Source: an uncultured Candidatus Saccharibacteria bacterium (GTDB lineage: Bacteria; Patescibacteriota; Saccharimonadia; Saccharimonadales; Saccharimonadaceae). From it: a DNA stretch of 64,000 nt. The stretch is from NCBI GenBank assembly GCA_947305705.1, contig CAMZEB010000003.1, forward strand, positions 2,599 to 66,598. Direction: 5' to 3'. The notes under the pieces were generated by a model. It was not told the origin of the DNA. It ran no database searches and was given only the letters and a program-made list of their open reading frames with translations. How positions within the stretch are numbered: position 1 is the first letter of the stretch; each line of letters opens with the position of its first letter. This document shows, piece by piece, positions 42,753 to 51,898 of this stretch. Made by a program: the position numbers and the translations under genes.

Positions 42753-45700
42753 CTATGGTGCCATTGTGAGATACATGGTCTTATATGTACTGCTCGTATC
42801 TTTAGTGATAGTTGAGCCCGATTCTATGTCGCTGACTTTGCTGTCAGTCTCGTCTTTCGTAATTGATGTAGGTCCACTTGCATCTTGAGCTGTGTATCCG
42901 TTAGGGTATGTTTTGCCACTTATCGTACCGTCGTAGAAGTTAAAGTCGTAATTTTGATATACGACGATACCATACGTCTTGGCGGTTATTGTCGGCGACG
43001 ATGTGTTTATGCTGCCGTCTTTTTTGCCGATAGTGAGTGTACCTTTTTGGTTATAAACTGCGATGCCGCCATTTGAAGTGATAGCACCGCCCTCAATAGT
43101 CATTGTGCCATCACTGAGATTGTGTACTGTCGCACGGCCGCTTGTCGTATTAGAAATTATAGGATTACCAGTAATTGTTACATTTCCACCATCATTCCAG
43201 ACCGCCTGCTTTGAACCGGTATTTGTTATTGTGCCGCCAGAAATGATTAGCGTTCCGGTTGATAGATTATTTACGGACCCTTGTGATGCGGAACTGGTGA
43301 TCGTGCCGTTACTAATCTCTAGCGTACCAGAGTTATCAATTAGATGGCTCGATGCGCTGACGTTACTTAGTGTGTAATTTTGAAGATCAAATGCGATATT
43401 TTGATTTTCAGCGATCGTGATGACTTCGGCAGTGTCTTGAAGTAGGGTTACGGTCGTTCTTTCGTTGTTGTCTCTAACTAGATTTATAGCTTCTTGGAGG
43501 GTGTTGAAGTATTGGCCTTTTGCGCAGGCTGTTTTGCTGGTTTGTGTCCAGATTGCATAGAGTGTTACGTCGCCAGTTATAATATAGTATTCGTTAATTG
43601 GAGATTGTCCATCACTAGTGAGCGACCAACCTGAGAAGTAGGCGTTTTGTACGCCAGTGGCTATCGGCAGATGGTCGATACTATCTCCGGATGTTACTTC
43701 GTCTGGCGTGATTGGGTCGCCGCCGGTGTTGTCGTATGTAATTGTATAACTACGTCCTGTGACGCCTTCAATGAGTTGTAGAGGTACTCGGATAACTGGT
43801 CTTGTCGCATTCAGGCTCTCGTTGCCTGGGCGAGCATTAACAGCTAGGCTCGTGGTCATAATTCGATAGTGGCTTTGGTTTATTTTTTCTAGCCATATAC
43901 CGTCCGCGAATGTCCTATTATCAATACGGAATGAAGAGTTTTCAAGGGTGAAGATGCAGCGTTTTACGTCAATATTAGTGATGCCAGTTGTGCCTGGTGA
44001 GCATGCCGAACGAAGATCTTCGATAGGAATTAGGCTTGAAATCTGATCCTGTGAAAATTCGACAAGGTTTGGATTTGACCATTGAGCCTTGGTCGGGAGC
44101 TTTTCTAGTGAGTCATTATAATATGCGGTCGAATCAACATCTGGGCCATTATTATAGTTTGTATAGTAAACGAGATCCAAGTTTCTACTGTCATTCACGG
44201 CTAAGGCATAGAAGCGTTCATCATAGACTCCATTGCCAGTTAAATCGCAATCATATGCATCGCCCGGTTTTGGTGAATTTGCGCTTGGTATCATACCGTA
44301 GGTGATTATCTTATCGCTACCGACTGTATATATGCTACCTCCGCTAATGGTGCCACTGTTTACATTATTACATGAGCCAGAGCTTTCGCAGACTTCAGTA
44401 TGGAGCTGAGTCGCGGCTTTACAGACGAGAATTTGTTCTTGTCGCCACTGAGCATAAAGGGTGACTGTGTCGCCATTAACGGTAGTGAGATTATCGACAG
44501 TGTCGTTATCTGCGTAGTCAGTTCCGGTGCCGTCGGCGGCCGTATTCCAGCCTGTGAAGGTGTAGCCCGGCCAAACATATGCGTTAGGCGTTAATTGAAC
44601 TTGTGTGCCATAAGTAGTGTTAATAGGGTTCATAGTGCCACTACCGCCATTATCGTCGAAAGCGATTGTGTAGCTGATTGGCGTCCACTGCGCAACGAAG
44701 GTAATCGTGCCAGATGTAGCAAGGTTCGTTACGTCTTGACCATCGTTGTAGGTCTGATTGTCGTATAGCCAGCCGTTAAAGGTATAGCCGGTCTTTGCAT
44801 AAGCATTAGCGCTTAGCGCGCAGCTTGAGTCGTAGGTGCAAGTTGTGTCGGTCATTGTACCTGAACCACCATTAGCGTCGTAGCTGATGATGTAAGTATT
44901 AGCAGTCCATTGGGCAACGAGCGTAATAGTTCCCGATGTAGCTAGGTTAGTTACGCTCTGGCCATCAGTAAAGGTTTGGTTATCATATGTCCAACCGCTG
45001 AAAGTGTATCCTGTTTTTGCGTAGGCATTAGTGCGGAGCGTGCAATTAGAGTCGTAAGTGCAAGTCGTGTCGGTCATATTGCCAGATCCGCCGTTTGCAT
45101 CGTAGACGATAGTATATGTATTGGCGGTCCACTGGGCGACAAGTGTTACGGTGCCCGATTCTGCGAGGTCATTAACACTCTGGCCATCGGTGTAAGTATG
45201 ATTGTCATATGCCCAGCCGCTGAAAGTGTGGCCAGTCTTTGTGTAGGCATTAGATGTTAGCTGGCAAGCTACCCCATAAGTACAGGTCGTATTAGTCATA
45301 TTCCCGGTGCCACCGTTGGCGTCATATATGATTGTGTAATTATTGGCCGACCATTGTGCATATAGCATAACAGTGTCGCCATTGGTGGTCGTAAGGTTGC
45401 TTACGGATTGTGCATTGGTATACGAATTACCGCTGCCATCTGCGGCTGTTGTCCAATTCGTGAACGTATGGCCAGTTTTGCTGTAGGCGTTTGCTGTGAG
45501 ATTTTTAGACTCATCATAAGTCATAGCGAGATCCGACATAGTGCCAGTGCCACCATTAGCGTCAAATTCGATTGTGTAGCTAATTGGCGTCCATTGTGCT
45601 ACCAATGTAACAGTGCCAGATTCAGCAAGATTGGTTACGTTCTGGCCATCAGTGTAGGACTGATTATTATATACCCAGCCGCTGAAGGTATAGCCAGTGC

Positions 45701-48700
45701 GGGTGAAGGTATTTGAGCTGAGCGCGCAGCTTTGGCCGTAAACACAATTCGTATTTGCCATATCGCCTGAGCCGTTGTTTGCATCATAAACAATCGTATA
45801 GCTGTTTGCTAACCATTTTGCGACAAGCGTTACGGAGCCAGATTCAGCAAGATTGGTTACACTTTGGCCGTCGGTATAATCTTGATCGTTAAGTTTCCAG
45901 CCATCAAAGGTATGGCCTGCCTTGGCGTAGCTGTTTGCACGAAGCTGGCAGCTTGAACCGTAGGTACAGACTGTGTCTTCCATATCGCCGGTCCCGCCGT
46001 TTGCGTCGTAGATAATCGTATAGTCGTTTGCGGTCCATTGCGCAATGAAAGTAATAGTGCCGGACGTCGCAAGGTTAGTTACGCTCTGACCATCGTTGTA
46101 GGTTTGATTGTCGAATAGCCAACCACTAAATGTGTGTCCGGTCTTCGTGAAGCTATTGGCACGCAGCTGACAGCTTGCGCCATAAGTGCAGACGGTATCT
46201 TCCATATCGCCGGTTCCATCGTTAGAGAGATAGGCAATAGTGTAATTATTTGCCGTCCATTGAGCAACTAGCGTAACGGATCCGGATTCGGCAAGATTTG
46301 TTACGTTCTGACCGTCCGTAAAGCTCTCTTCATCAAGCTTCCAGCCATTAAATGTGTGGCCGGTCTTAGTATAGCTATTCGTGCGAAGCGTGCAACTTTG
46401 ACTATAAGTGCAAGTTGTGTCGGCCATTTCGCCAGAGCCGCCATTAGCATTGTAGCTGATAGTGTAGTTATTGGCAGTCCACTGAGCGACTAGCGTGATA
46501 GTTCCTGATTCGGCGAGATTGGTTACACCCTGGCCATCAGTGAAGGTTTGATTGTCGTATGTCCAGCCGCTGAATGAATGGCCGGTCTTGGCGTAGGTAT
46601 TAGTGCGAAGCGTGCAGCTCGCGTCATAAGTACAAGTTGTATTCGCCATATTACCGGAACCACCGTAAGCGTCGTAGACGATAGTATATGTATTAGCGGT
46701 CCATTGTGCGACTAGAGTGATAGTGCCAGATTCAGCGAGGTTTATTACGTTCTGACCGTCGGTATAAGTATTATTGTCATATGTCCAGCCACTGAAGGCG
46801 TATCCGGCTTTCGTAAAGCTGCTAGTGCGAAGTGTGCAATTTGAATCATAAGTACAGACTGTGTCTTCCATATCGCCAGCGCCAGTATTAGCGTCGTAAC
46901 TGATCGTATAAATATTCGCAGTCCATTGCGCGACGAGCGTAATAGTGCCGGATTCAGCAAGATTCGTAACACTTTGACTGTCAGTGAAGTTTTGATCGTT
47001 GAACTTCCAGCCGCTGAAGGTGTAGCCGGCGCGAGTGAAGCTATTGGTGCGGAGTGTGCAGCTCTGACCGTAAGTGCAGGTTGTATTGGCCATATTTCCG
47101 CTGCCATTGTTGGCGTCGTAACTAATAGTATAGGTATTTGCTGACCATTGGGCGACCAGCGTAATAGTTCCAGATTCGGCAAGATTCGCGACATTTTGAC
47201 CGTCTGTGTAGGTATTATCATTAAATAGCCAGCCGTTGAAGGTGTGTCCAGTCTTTGCGAAGCTATTCGTTCGGAGTTGGCAATTTGAATCATAAGTACA
47301 AACCGTATCTTCCATATCACCGGTACCGTCATTTGATGCGTAGGTAATCGTATAAGTATTCGCTGTCCATTGGGCAACAAGTGTAACGGTGCCGGATTCA
47401 GCAAGATTCGTAACGCTCTGGCCGTCGGTAAAGCTCTGTTCGTTTAGTTTCCAGCCATTGAAGGTATAACCAGCGCGAGTGAAGCTATTTGTGCGAAGTG
47501 CGCAGTTTTGGCCGTAGGTGCAATTCGTGTCGTCCATAGTGCCTGTGCCGTTGTTTGCATCATAGCTAATAGTGTAGCTGTTTGCCGTCCACTGAGCGTA
47601 TAGGGTTACAGTTGCGCCGTTTTCGGAGCTGAGGTTGTTTACTGTTTGGTTATTAGCATAAGTGTCACCTTCGCCGTCGGATTGCGTGTTCCAGTTTGCA
47701 AAACTGTGACCAGCCTTCGTAAATGAATTTGTAGTTAGGGCCTTGAACACATCGTAAGTCATAGCGAGATCAGACATGCTACCGTTGCCACTGTTTGCAT
47801 CGAACTTGATTGTGTAGCTAATTGGAGTCCATTGAGCGACGAGCGTTACGGTGCCGGATTCTGCGAGATTCGTGACATTTTGGCCATCGGTAAAGTTTTG
47901 GTCGTTGAACTTCCAACCGCTGAAGGTATAGCCGGTACGAGTGAATGTATTCGAGCTGAGAGCGCAACTCTGGCCATAGGTGCATTCGGTGCTTTCCATA
48001 TTGCCCGTGCCTTCGCCTGCGTCATAGCTAATTGTGTAGCTATTTGCGGTCCATTGTGCGTATAGTGTCACCGTGGCGCCTTTTACACTACTTAGGTTCT
48101 TTACGGATTGGCTATTCGTGTAAGCATTGCCTTCGCCGTCAGCTTGAGTGTTCCAGCTCTCGAAGCTGTGACCGGTCTTCGTAAATGAGTTCGCAGTGAG
48201 ATTTTTTGCCTCATCATAAGTCATCGAAAGTGAATTCATCTCGCCGTTGCCGCCGTTAGCATTGAAAGCAATCGTGTACTGGTTTGGCGTGAAGATTGGG
48301 CTTAGCTTGGCATCGCTTTCAAATGTATCACTTGCGCTATAGTTGCTGTCGTCTTCGTATTTCCAGCCACCAAAGCTGTAGCCAGTCTTGGTGAGTTCTG
48401 GTAGGCTCACGGTTCCGCCGTAGTTGGTTACCTCTTGGTGCTCTGCACCAGACTCGTCTTTGTAGGTTACGATGATTTTGTCAAAGAGGCTATATTTGTA
48501 AGAAACTGTAATCCGCTCAGTCTTGACGGTTTCGGCATATACAGAAACAAATACTGTTGCGACTGTCGTGAGCGAAATGATAACTGCGAAGATGCGGGCA
48601 TATTTTTTATTCTTCTTGAATGCTATGAATAGGCAGACAATTAGGCCTGCAGCAGAGATGACTAGGATTGCGGCGTTAATGATTAGGTTATCACCAGTAT

Positions 48701-49211
48701 TTGGAACGATTGGAATGACGTCAGGCTCATCTGTACCGATGTACTTGATGTAGATGTTGACCGCTGAATTCTGAATTCGATTGTTTACGTCCGCTTCAGC
48801 ATACACATAGTTAACTGTGATTACTAGACTAATGCTTTCATCGGCGTTAATCTGTTCGTTTGCGTGCGAGTCGTAGGTGTATGCAATATTCGCATTTGTA
48901 TTATCATCAGTGATTGACTCGATGGTATGCTCTTCGGAATCGGTATTTTTCAGAGTGATGGTATAGGTGGCGTAATCGCCAACTTGATGAAAAACGATAT
49001 CGCTGTTGATTTTTGAGTCGTCCGAGCTCGAAATATCGCCGTTCACCGTTGTTGATTTATCTGTTAGGGCTACAGATTGGATCTTGAAGAGATTAGTGCT
49101 TGCGCTTGCTTGGAGAGTTGAAAATAACGAAAATACAAAAACCAGGGCGAATATTACAACAAATACCCTGTTCTTTCTGACGGCACTCCTATACCGTTCG
49201 GTTATTTCCAT
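42753..49211 (-). CDS. giant (2152 aa) surface protein with five parts: Ig-like N-module with internal sorting-signal-like segment, 19 Flg_new (Listeria-Bacteroides) repeats, Cys-rich globular domain, further repeat, C-terminal beta-helix
   Basis: SD GGAG, signal peptide, repeat consensus YTI.YDANGG.G.M.DT.CTY...C.L..N.F.K.GH.F.GW......TDGQ.V.NLA.SGT.TLVAQWTAN, and GG.IT beta-helix rungs at the C-terminus. Confidence 0.85.
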   Translation of the reverse strand: MEITERYRSAVRKNRVFVVIFALVFVFSLFSTLQASASTNLFKIQSVALTDKSTTVNGDISSSDDSKINSDIVFHQVGDYATYTITLKNTDSEEHTIESITDDNTNANIAYTYDSHANEQINADESISLVITVNYVYAEADVNNRIQNSAVNIYIKYIGTDEPDVIPIVPNTGDNLIINAAILVISAAGLIVCLFIAFKKNKKYARIFAVIISLTTVATVFVSVYAETVKTERITVSYKYSLFDKIIVTYKDESGAEHQEVTNYGGTVSLPELTKTGYSFGGWKYEDDSNYSASDTFESDAKLSPIFTPNQYTIAFNANGGNGEMNSLSMTYDEAKNLTANSFTKTGHSFESWNTQADGEGNAYTNSQSVKNLSSVKGATVTLYAQWTANSYTISYDAGEGTGNMESTECTYGQSCALSSNTFTRTGYTFSGWKFNDQNFTDGQNVTNLAESGTVTLVAQWTPISYTIKFDANSGNGSMSDLAMTYDVFKALTTNSFTKAGHSFANWNTQSDGEGDTYANNQTVNNLSSENGATVTLYAQWTANSYTISYDANNGTGTMDDTNCTYGQNCALRTNSFTRAGYTFNGWKLNEQSFTDGQSVTNLAESGTVTLVAQWTANTYTITYASNDGTGDMEDTVCTYDSNCQLRTNSFAKTGHTFNGWLFNDNTYTDGQNVANLAESGTITLVAQWSANTYTISYDANNGSGNMANTTCTYGQSCTLRTNSFTRAGYTFSGWKFNDQNFTDSQSVTNLAESGTITLVAQWTANIYTISYDANTGAGDMEDTVCTYDSNCTLRTSSFTKAGYAFSGWTYDNNTYTDGQNVINLAESGTITLVAQWTANTYTIVYDAYGGSGNMANTTCTYDASCTLRTNTYAKTGHSFSGWTYDNQTFTDGQGVTNLAESGTITLVAQWTANNYTISYNANGGSGEMADTTCTYSQSCTLRTNSYTKTGHTFNGWKLDEESFTDGQNVTNLAESGSVTLVAQWTANNYTIAYLSNDGTGDMEDTVCTYGASCQLRANSFTKTGHTFSGWLFDNQTYNDGQSVTNLATSGTITFIAQWTANDYTIIYDANGGTGDMEDTVCTYGSSCQLRANSYAKAGHTFDGWKLNDQDYTDGQSVTNLAESGSVTLVAKWLANSYTIVYDANNGSGDMANTNCVYGQSCALSSNTFTRTGYTFSGWVYNNQSYTDGQNVTNLAESGTVTLVAQWTPISYTIEFDANGGTGTMSDLAMTYDESKNLTANAYSKTGHTFTNWTTAADGSGNSYTNAQSVSNLTTTNGDTVMLYAQWSANNYTIIYDANGGTGNMTNTTCTYGVACQLTSNAYTKTGHTFSGWAYDNHTYTDGQSVNDLAESGTVTLVAQWTANTYTIVYDANGGSGNMTDTTCTYDSNCTLRTNAYAKTGYTFSGWTYDNQTFTDGQSVTNLATSGTITLVAQWTANTYIISYDANGGSGTMTDTTCTYDSSCALSANAYAKTGYTFNGWLYDNQTYNDGQDVTNLATSGTITFVAQWTPISYTIAFDDNGGSGTMNPINTTYGTQVQLTPNAYVWPGYTFTGWNTAADGTGTDYADNDTVDNLTTVNGDTVTLYAQWRQEQILVCKAATQLHTEVCESSGSCNNVNSGTISGGSIYTVGSDKIITYGMIPSANSPKPGDAYDCDLTGNGVYDERFYALAVNDSRNLDLVYYTNYNNGPDVDSTAYYNDSLEKLPTKAQWSNPNLVEFSQDQISSLIPIEDLRSACSPGTTGITNIDVKRCIFTLENSSFRIDNRTFADGIWLEKINQSHYRIMTTSLAVNARPGNESLNATRPVIRVPLQLIEGVTGRSYTITYDNTGGDPITPDEVTSGDSIDHLPIATGVQNAYFSGWSLTSDGQSPINEYYIITGDVTLYAIWTQTSKTACAKGQYFNTLQEAINLVRDNNERTTVTLLQDTAEVITIAENQNIAFDLQNYTLSNVSASSHLIDNSGTLEISNGTITSSASQGSVNNLSTGTLIISGGTITNTGSKQAVWNDGGNVTITGNPIISNTTSGRATVHNLSDGTMTIEGGAITSNGGIAVYNQKGTLTIGKKDGSINTSSPTITAKTYGIVVYQNYDFNFYDGTISGKTYPNGYTAQDASGPTSITKDETDSKVSDIESGSTITKDTSSTYKTMYLTMAP
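44440..48284 (-). repeat. 17 consecutive in-frame coding repeats (13 of 74 codons, 4 of 80 codons)
   Basis: Counted from the translation. DNA periodicity is 222/240 bp within the giant ORF. Confidence 0.85.
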
Positions 49212-49235
49212 AATATCTCCAATCCACTTACGTAT

Positions 49236-49244
49236 ATTCTATCA
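49236..49244 (-). promoter_or_regulatory. extended -10 (TGATAGAAT) for the giant gene
   Basis: attctatca on the plus strand. The 24-nt leader carries SD GGAG. Confidence 0.4.
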
Positions 49245-49285
49245 CGCTCATGAATATAATGTTAGGTTTTTTGTGACTTTTTTAT

Positions 49286-49313
49286 GAAAAATACGAGCAA
49301 TTTTTGCTCGTAT
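49286..49313. terminator. bidirectional terminator hairpin
   Basis: atacgagca/tgctcgtat stem flanked by AAAAA and TTTTT. Confidence 0.65.
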
Positions 49314-49365
49314 TTTTGTCGCCGTAAATATCTACGATATTTGCTTGTACTCGTCCTAATAACAC

Positions 49366-49391
49366 AAAAATATGCAGCATAGATGCTGCAT
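49366..49391 (-). terminator. terminator hairpin downstream of tRNA-Thr
   Basis: atgcagca/tgctgcat stem with a T-run on the minus strand. Confidence 0.5.
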
Positions 49392-49408
49392 TATTGATCT
49401 ATTTCTTC

Positions 49409-49441
49409 ATACTCTTATAAATGCAGGCATTTTAAGAGTAT
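49409..49441 (-). other. 15-bp interrupted hairpin 11 nt after the tRNA-Thr 3' end
   Basis: atactctta-t-aaatgc / gcattt-taagagtat. Confidence 0.5.
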
Positions 49442-49452
49442 TCTTATTCCTC

Positions 49453-49529
49453 GTGGAGCCGCAAATCGGACTTGAACCGATGACCTGCCGCTTACAAGGC
49501 GGCTGCTCTACCAACTGAGCTATTGCGGC
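49453..49529 (-). tRNA. tRNA-Thr (anticodon UGU), CCA encoded
   Basis: Reverse complement gccgcaatagctcagttggtagagc... with anticodon loop ctTGTaa and T-loop ggttcaagtcc. Confidence 0.9.
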
Positions 49530-49556
49530 ATATCTTATCGTTGCGTGCGACAATAT

Positions 49557-50336
49557 CTATTTTATATGATTTTGGGAATTTTTGATAGGGGTTTTCGTCT
49601 TTTGTTTGACGGTCTTTGCTGTGGCGCGAGCTGCGATGCGCGCATCTCTTGCCTCGGCGCGGGCGGTACGGCGTATTTCGCGGCGCGTTACTTTTGGCTT
49701 GGCCTGCATCTGTGCCTTTTTCTCTAGGAATTTTTCAATTCGTTCTCTGGTCGCATCGGCATTCTTTTGGTCGTTGGCATTTTCGTAAATTTCCAAGATA
49801 TGGCGTAGAATTACGGCGCTTGGGCTGAGGCTATAGGCCGTCTCTAGTGCTTCAACTGCCTTGTTGCGCTCACCCAACTTTTCTAGTGCTTTTGCGTATG
49901 CTATATAGCGTCCTGGCTGATCACCTTCGATTTCAATAGCTTGTGCAAAGGCGATGGCGGCTTTCTCGTATTTTCCCGTTTCATAATAGATAAGACCGAC
50001 GTTATGGAGGCTAGAAGCATTATTGTCTAGGCTCTGGGCGATTTCGAAGCACTCGACGGCTTCTTTGTAATGTTTTTCTTTTGCATAGAGAATGCCTAGG
50101 CGGTTGTAGGCGGCGGCATTCTTTTCGTCGAATTTAAGAATCGTTAAGAGAGCTTTCTCGGCTTTAATTGGTTTGCGCTCTTTGATAGCGGTTTGTGCAA
50201 GGCCCCAAAGTTTTTTGATTTGCGGCGTCTTTCGCGCCGTTGCCTCGTCTTCTTCCTCTTCTTCGTCTGGGTTGTAATTTGGCACAAAAAATACAATGAA
50301 AAACGTCAAGATCAATAATAGCACTGCGGCTAACAT
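49557..50336 (-). CDS. membrane-anchored TPR-repeat protein with basic C-terminal tail
   Basis: N-terminal TM helix, about 4 TPR units (A..YN.LG..Y....Y..A...F..A), Arg/Lys-rich end. Confidence 0.7.
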   Translation of the reverse strand: MLAAVLLLILTFFIVFFVPNYNPDEEEEEDEATARKTPQIKKLWGLAQTAIKERKPIKAEKALLTILKFDEKNAAAYNRLGILYAKEKHYKEAVECFEIAQSLDNNASSLHNVGLIYYETGKYEKAAIAFAQAIEIEGDQPGRYIAYAKALEKLGERNKAVEALETAYSLSPSAVILRHILEIYENANDQKNADATRERIEKFLEKKAQMQAKPKVTRREIRRTARAEARDARIAARATAKTVKQKTKTPIKNSQNHIK

Positions 50337-50342
50337 ATAGAT

Positions 50343-50351
50343 ATTATAGCA
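50343..50351 (-). promoter_or_regulatory. extended -10 (TGCTATAAT), N6 to the ATG (leaderless), overlapping the holB-like stop codon
   Basis: attatagca lies 6 nt from the start at 50336. Confidence 0.5.
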
Positions 50352-51018
50352 TATTCGCGATCAGTTGGAGTTTAACATGACCGTTTTGCGCTAGCGCTTC
50401 TTGGGCGCTTATTAGTTTCTGCAGTTTGAGTAGAAATTGTTTGTTGCCTTGGATTAAATACGATTTATACATCAAGGTTATTCCGCATTCGACAGTAGCG
50501 ATAGCGGTGCCTCTGGCGTCATCTTTGTTGAATTTGATGATTTTATCGACGATTTGCGGCAGGTCTTTTGGCGCGGCCGTGACGTATTCTTTTGTTAGCG
50601 CAAGGATTTTTTCATCGACGGTCGGCGGTTCGTTAATTTTGCTTTTGTCGGCAATATAGTAGTTATTGGCGCGAGATTTAATAGTCGGGAGGATGGCGCT
50701 GGCGTTTTTTGTGAGAAATACAAAATGCACCTTTTCGCGCGGCTCCTCGAGGGCTTTTAGAAACGCGTTGGCGGCATTTGACGTCATTTTTTCGGCATTT
50801 TCTACAACTATAAACATATTTTCTGACTGCTTATTATTGCAGAGCTCTGAAATATTTCGAATGTTTTCGATAGAAATGACGTTTTTATCGGTGTCGGTTG
50901 TTACGTGGTAGGATTTTTCAAAAATTTCGCTGAAATTCGTTTCTTGCGGTAATTCGAAAATCGAAAAATTTGTCCTACTTGCGACATTCGTGATGTCTGA
51001 AATGTTATCTAACCGCAT
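50344..51018 (-). CDS. holB: DNA polymerase III delta-prime-like clamp-loader subunit, N-terminally short
   Basis: NAFLKALEEPREKVHFVFL and PTIKSRA motifs. No P-loop segment. Confidence 0.55.
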   Translation of the reverse strand: MRLDNISDITNVASRTNFSIFELPQETNFSEIFEKSYHVTTDTDKNVISIENIRNISELCNNKQSENMFIVVENAEKMTSNAANAFLKALEEPREKVHFVFLTKNASAILPTIKSRANNYYIADKSKINEPPTVDEKILALTKEYVTAAPKDLPQIVDKIIKFNKDDARGTAIATVECGITLMYKSYLIQGNKQFLLKLQKLISAQEALAQNGHVKLQLIANML

Positions 51019-51880
51019 CGCGGAAGCTTTCTGGCATTGGCGCCTCGAAAGTAACTCGCTTGCCGTCTGGAATGGTTATCTCTAGTGATGCTGCGTGCAA
51101 ATACATACGATCGGCTTTTGGCGATTTTGGATTATAAACAGGGTCGCCAAGAATAGGTGTGCCGATGTGCGCCATATGAATACGTAGTTGATGAGTGCGA
51201 CCAGTGCGAGGTTTTAGCTCAACGAGGCTATATTTTTCGTTACTAGCGATAACGCTATATTCAGTTATTGCCTCGCGGCCATTTTTATCTGCAATAAATG
51301 TTGTCGGCTTCTTGAGATTGCGTGTTAACGGAACGCTGATAATCGCGTGCTGCTGCTTTGGATGCCCAACGACGACTGCATAGTAAGTTTTGTGCGTTTT
51401 GCGTTCTGCGAATTGATTTTGAAGTTTTGACTTCGTCTCGCTATTTTTGGCGACAATTATTACGCCTGAAGTGTCGCGATCGAGTCGATGAACGACTTCG
51501 CCATAATCTTCAATAGCTGGTTCGGCGAGATAGGCGCCCTTTTTTATCGATAACATACCGGCAGGTTTATTAAACGCAATCACATTTTCGTCTTCATAAA
51601 TAATCTCAGGTTTTTGGTCTGTTGTCGTTTCTGGAGTATTTATCTCTACGGATGTGTCGTCATCAATCAGAAAATTTGCCTTCGTGATAACCTCGCCATT
51701 GATTGTTGCGAGGCCTTTTTCGATAAACTTTTGGATAGTGCTTCGGCTATATTGCGGGTATTTTTCCAGCAAAATCATATCGAAACGTCGTTTCGTCGTC
51801 TCGTCTTCCTGGTTCGTTTTTATCTGAATATCGCCATTAATTTTGCGCGATAATTCTGGTTTGCTGAATTTTTTCGCCAT
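51005..51880 (-). CDS. rluD: RluA-family (RluD-like) 23S rRNA pseudouridine synthase
   Basis: S4-like N-terminus, HRLDRDTSGVII catalytic motif, and RTGRTHQLR. Confidence 0.85.
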   Translation of the reverse strand: MAKKFSKPELSRKINGDIQIKTNQEDETTKRRFDMILLEKYPQYSRSTIQKFIEKGLATINGEVITKANFLIDDDTSVEINTPETTTDQKPEIIYEDENVIAFNKPAGMLSIKKGAYLAEPAIEDYGEVVHRLDRDTSGVIIVAKNSETKSKLQNQFAERKTHKTYYAVVVGHPKQQHAIISVPLTRNLKKPTTFIADKNGREAITEYSVIASNEKYSLVELKPRTGRTHQLRIHMAHIGTPILGDPVYNPKSPKADRMYLHAASLEITIPDGKRVTFEAPMPESFRDAVR

Positions 51881-51898
51881 ACAGCATTATTTTATAAT

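Noticed and set aside
43700-44439. The Cys-rich, lectin-like domain of the giant protein as a possible diversity-generating retroelement target.
   Set aside because: The window has no reverse transcriptase, and I saw no template/variable repeat pair with adenine-specific differences.
44440-48284. A regular periodicity of about 222 bp that could be mistaken for a CRISPR-like or satellite array.
   Set aside because: The units are contiguous with no unique spacers, stay in frame and translate to a conserved protein repeat. There are no cas genes.
42885-48753. Many 60-220 aa ORFs in other frames or on the plus strand inside the giant gene (for example 46745..47404, 44976..45260, 47832..48065).
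   Set aside because: They lie wholly within a 6.5-kb ORF that has a coherent domain architecture. They arise because the repeated, compositionally biased units keep alternative frames open.
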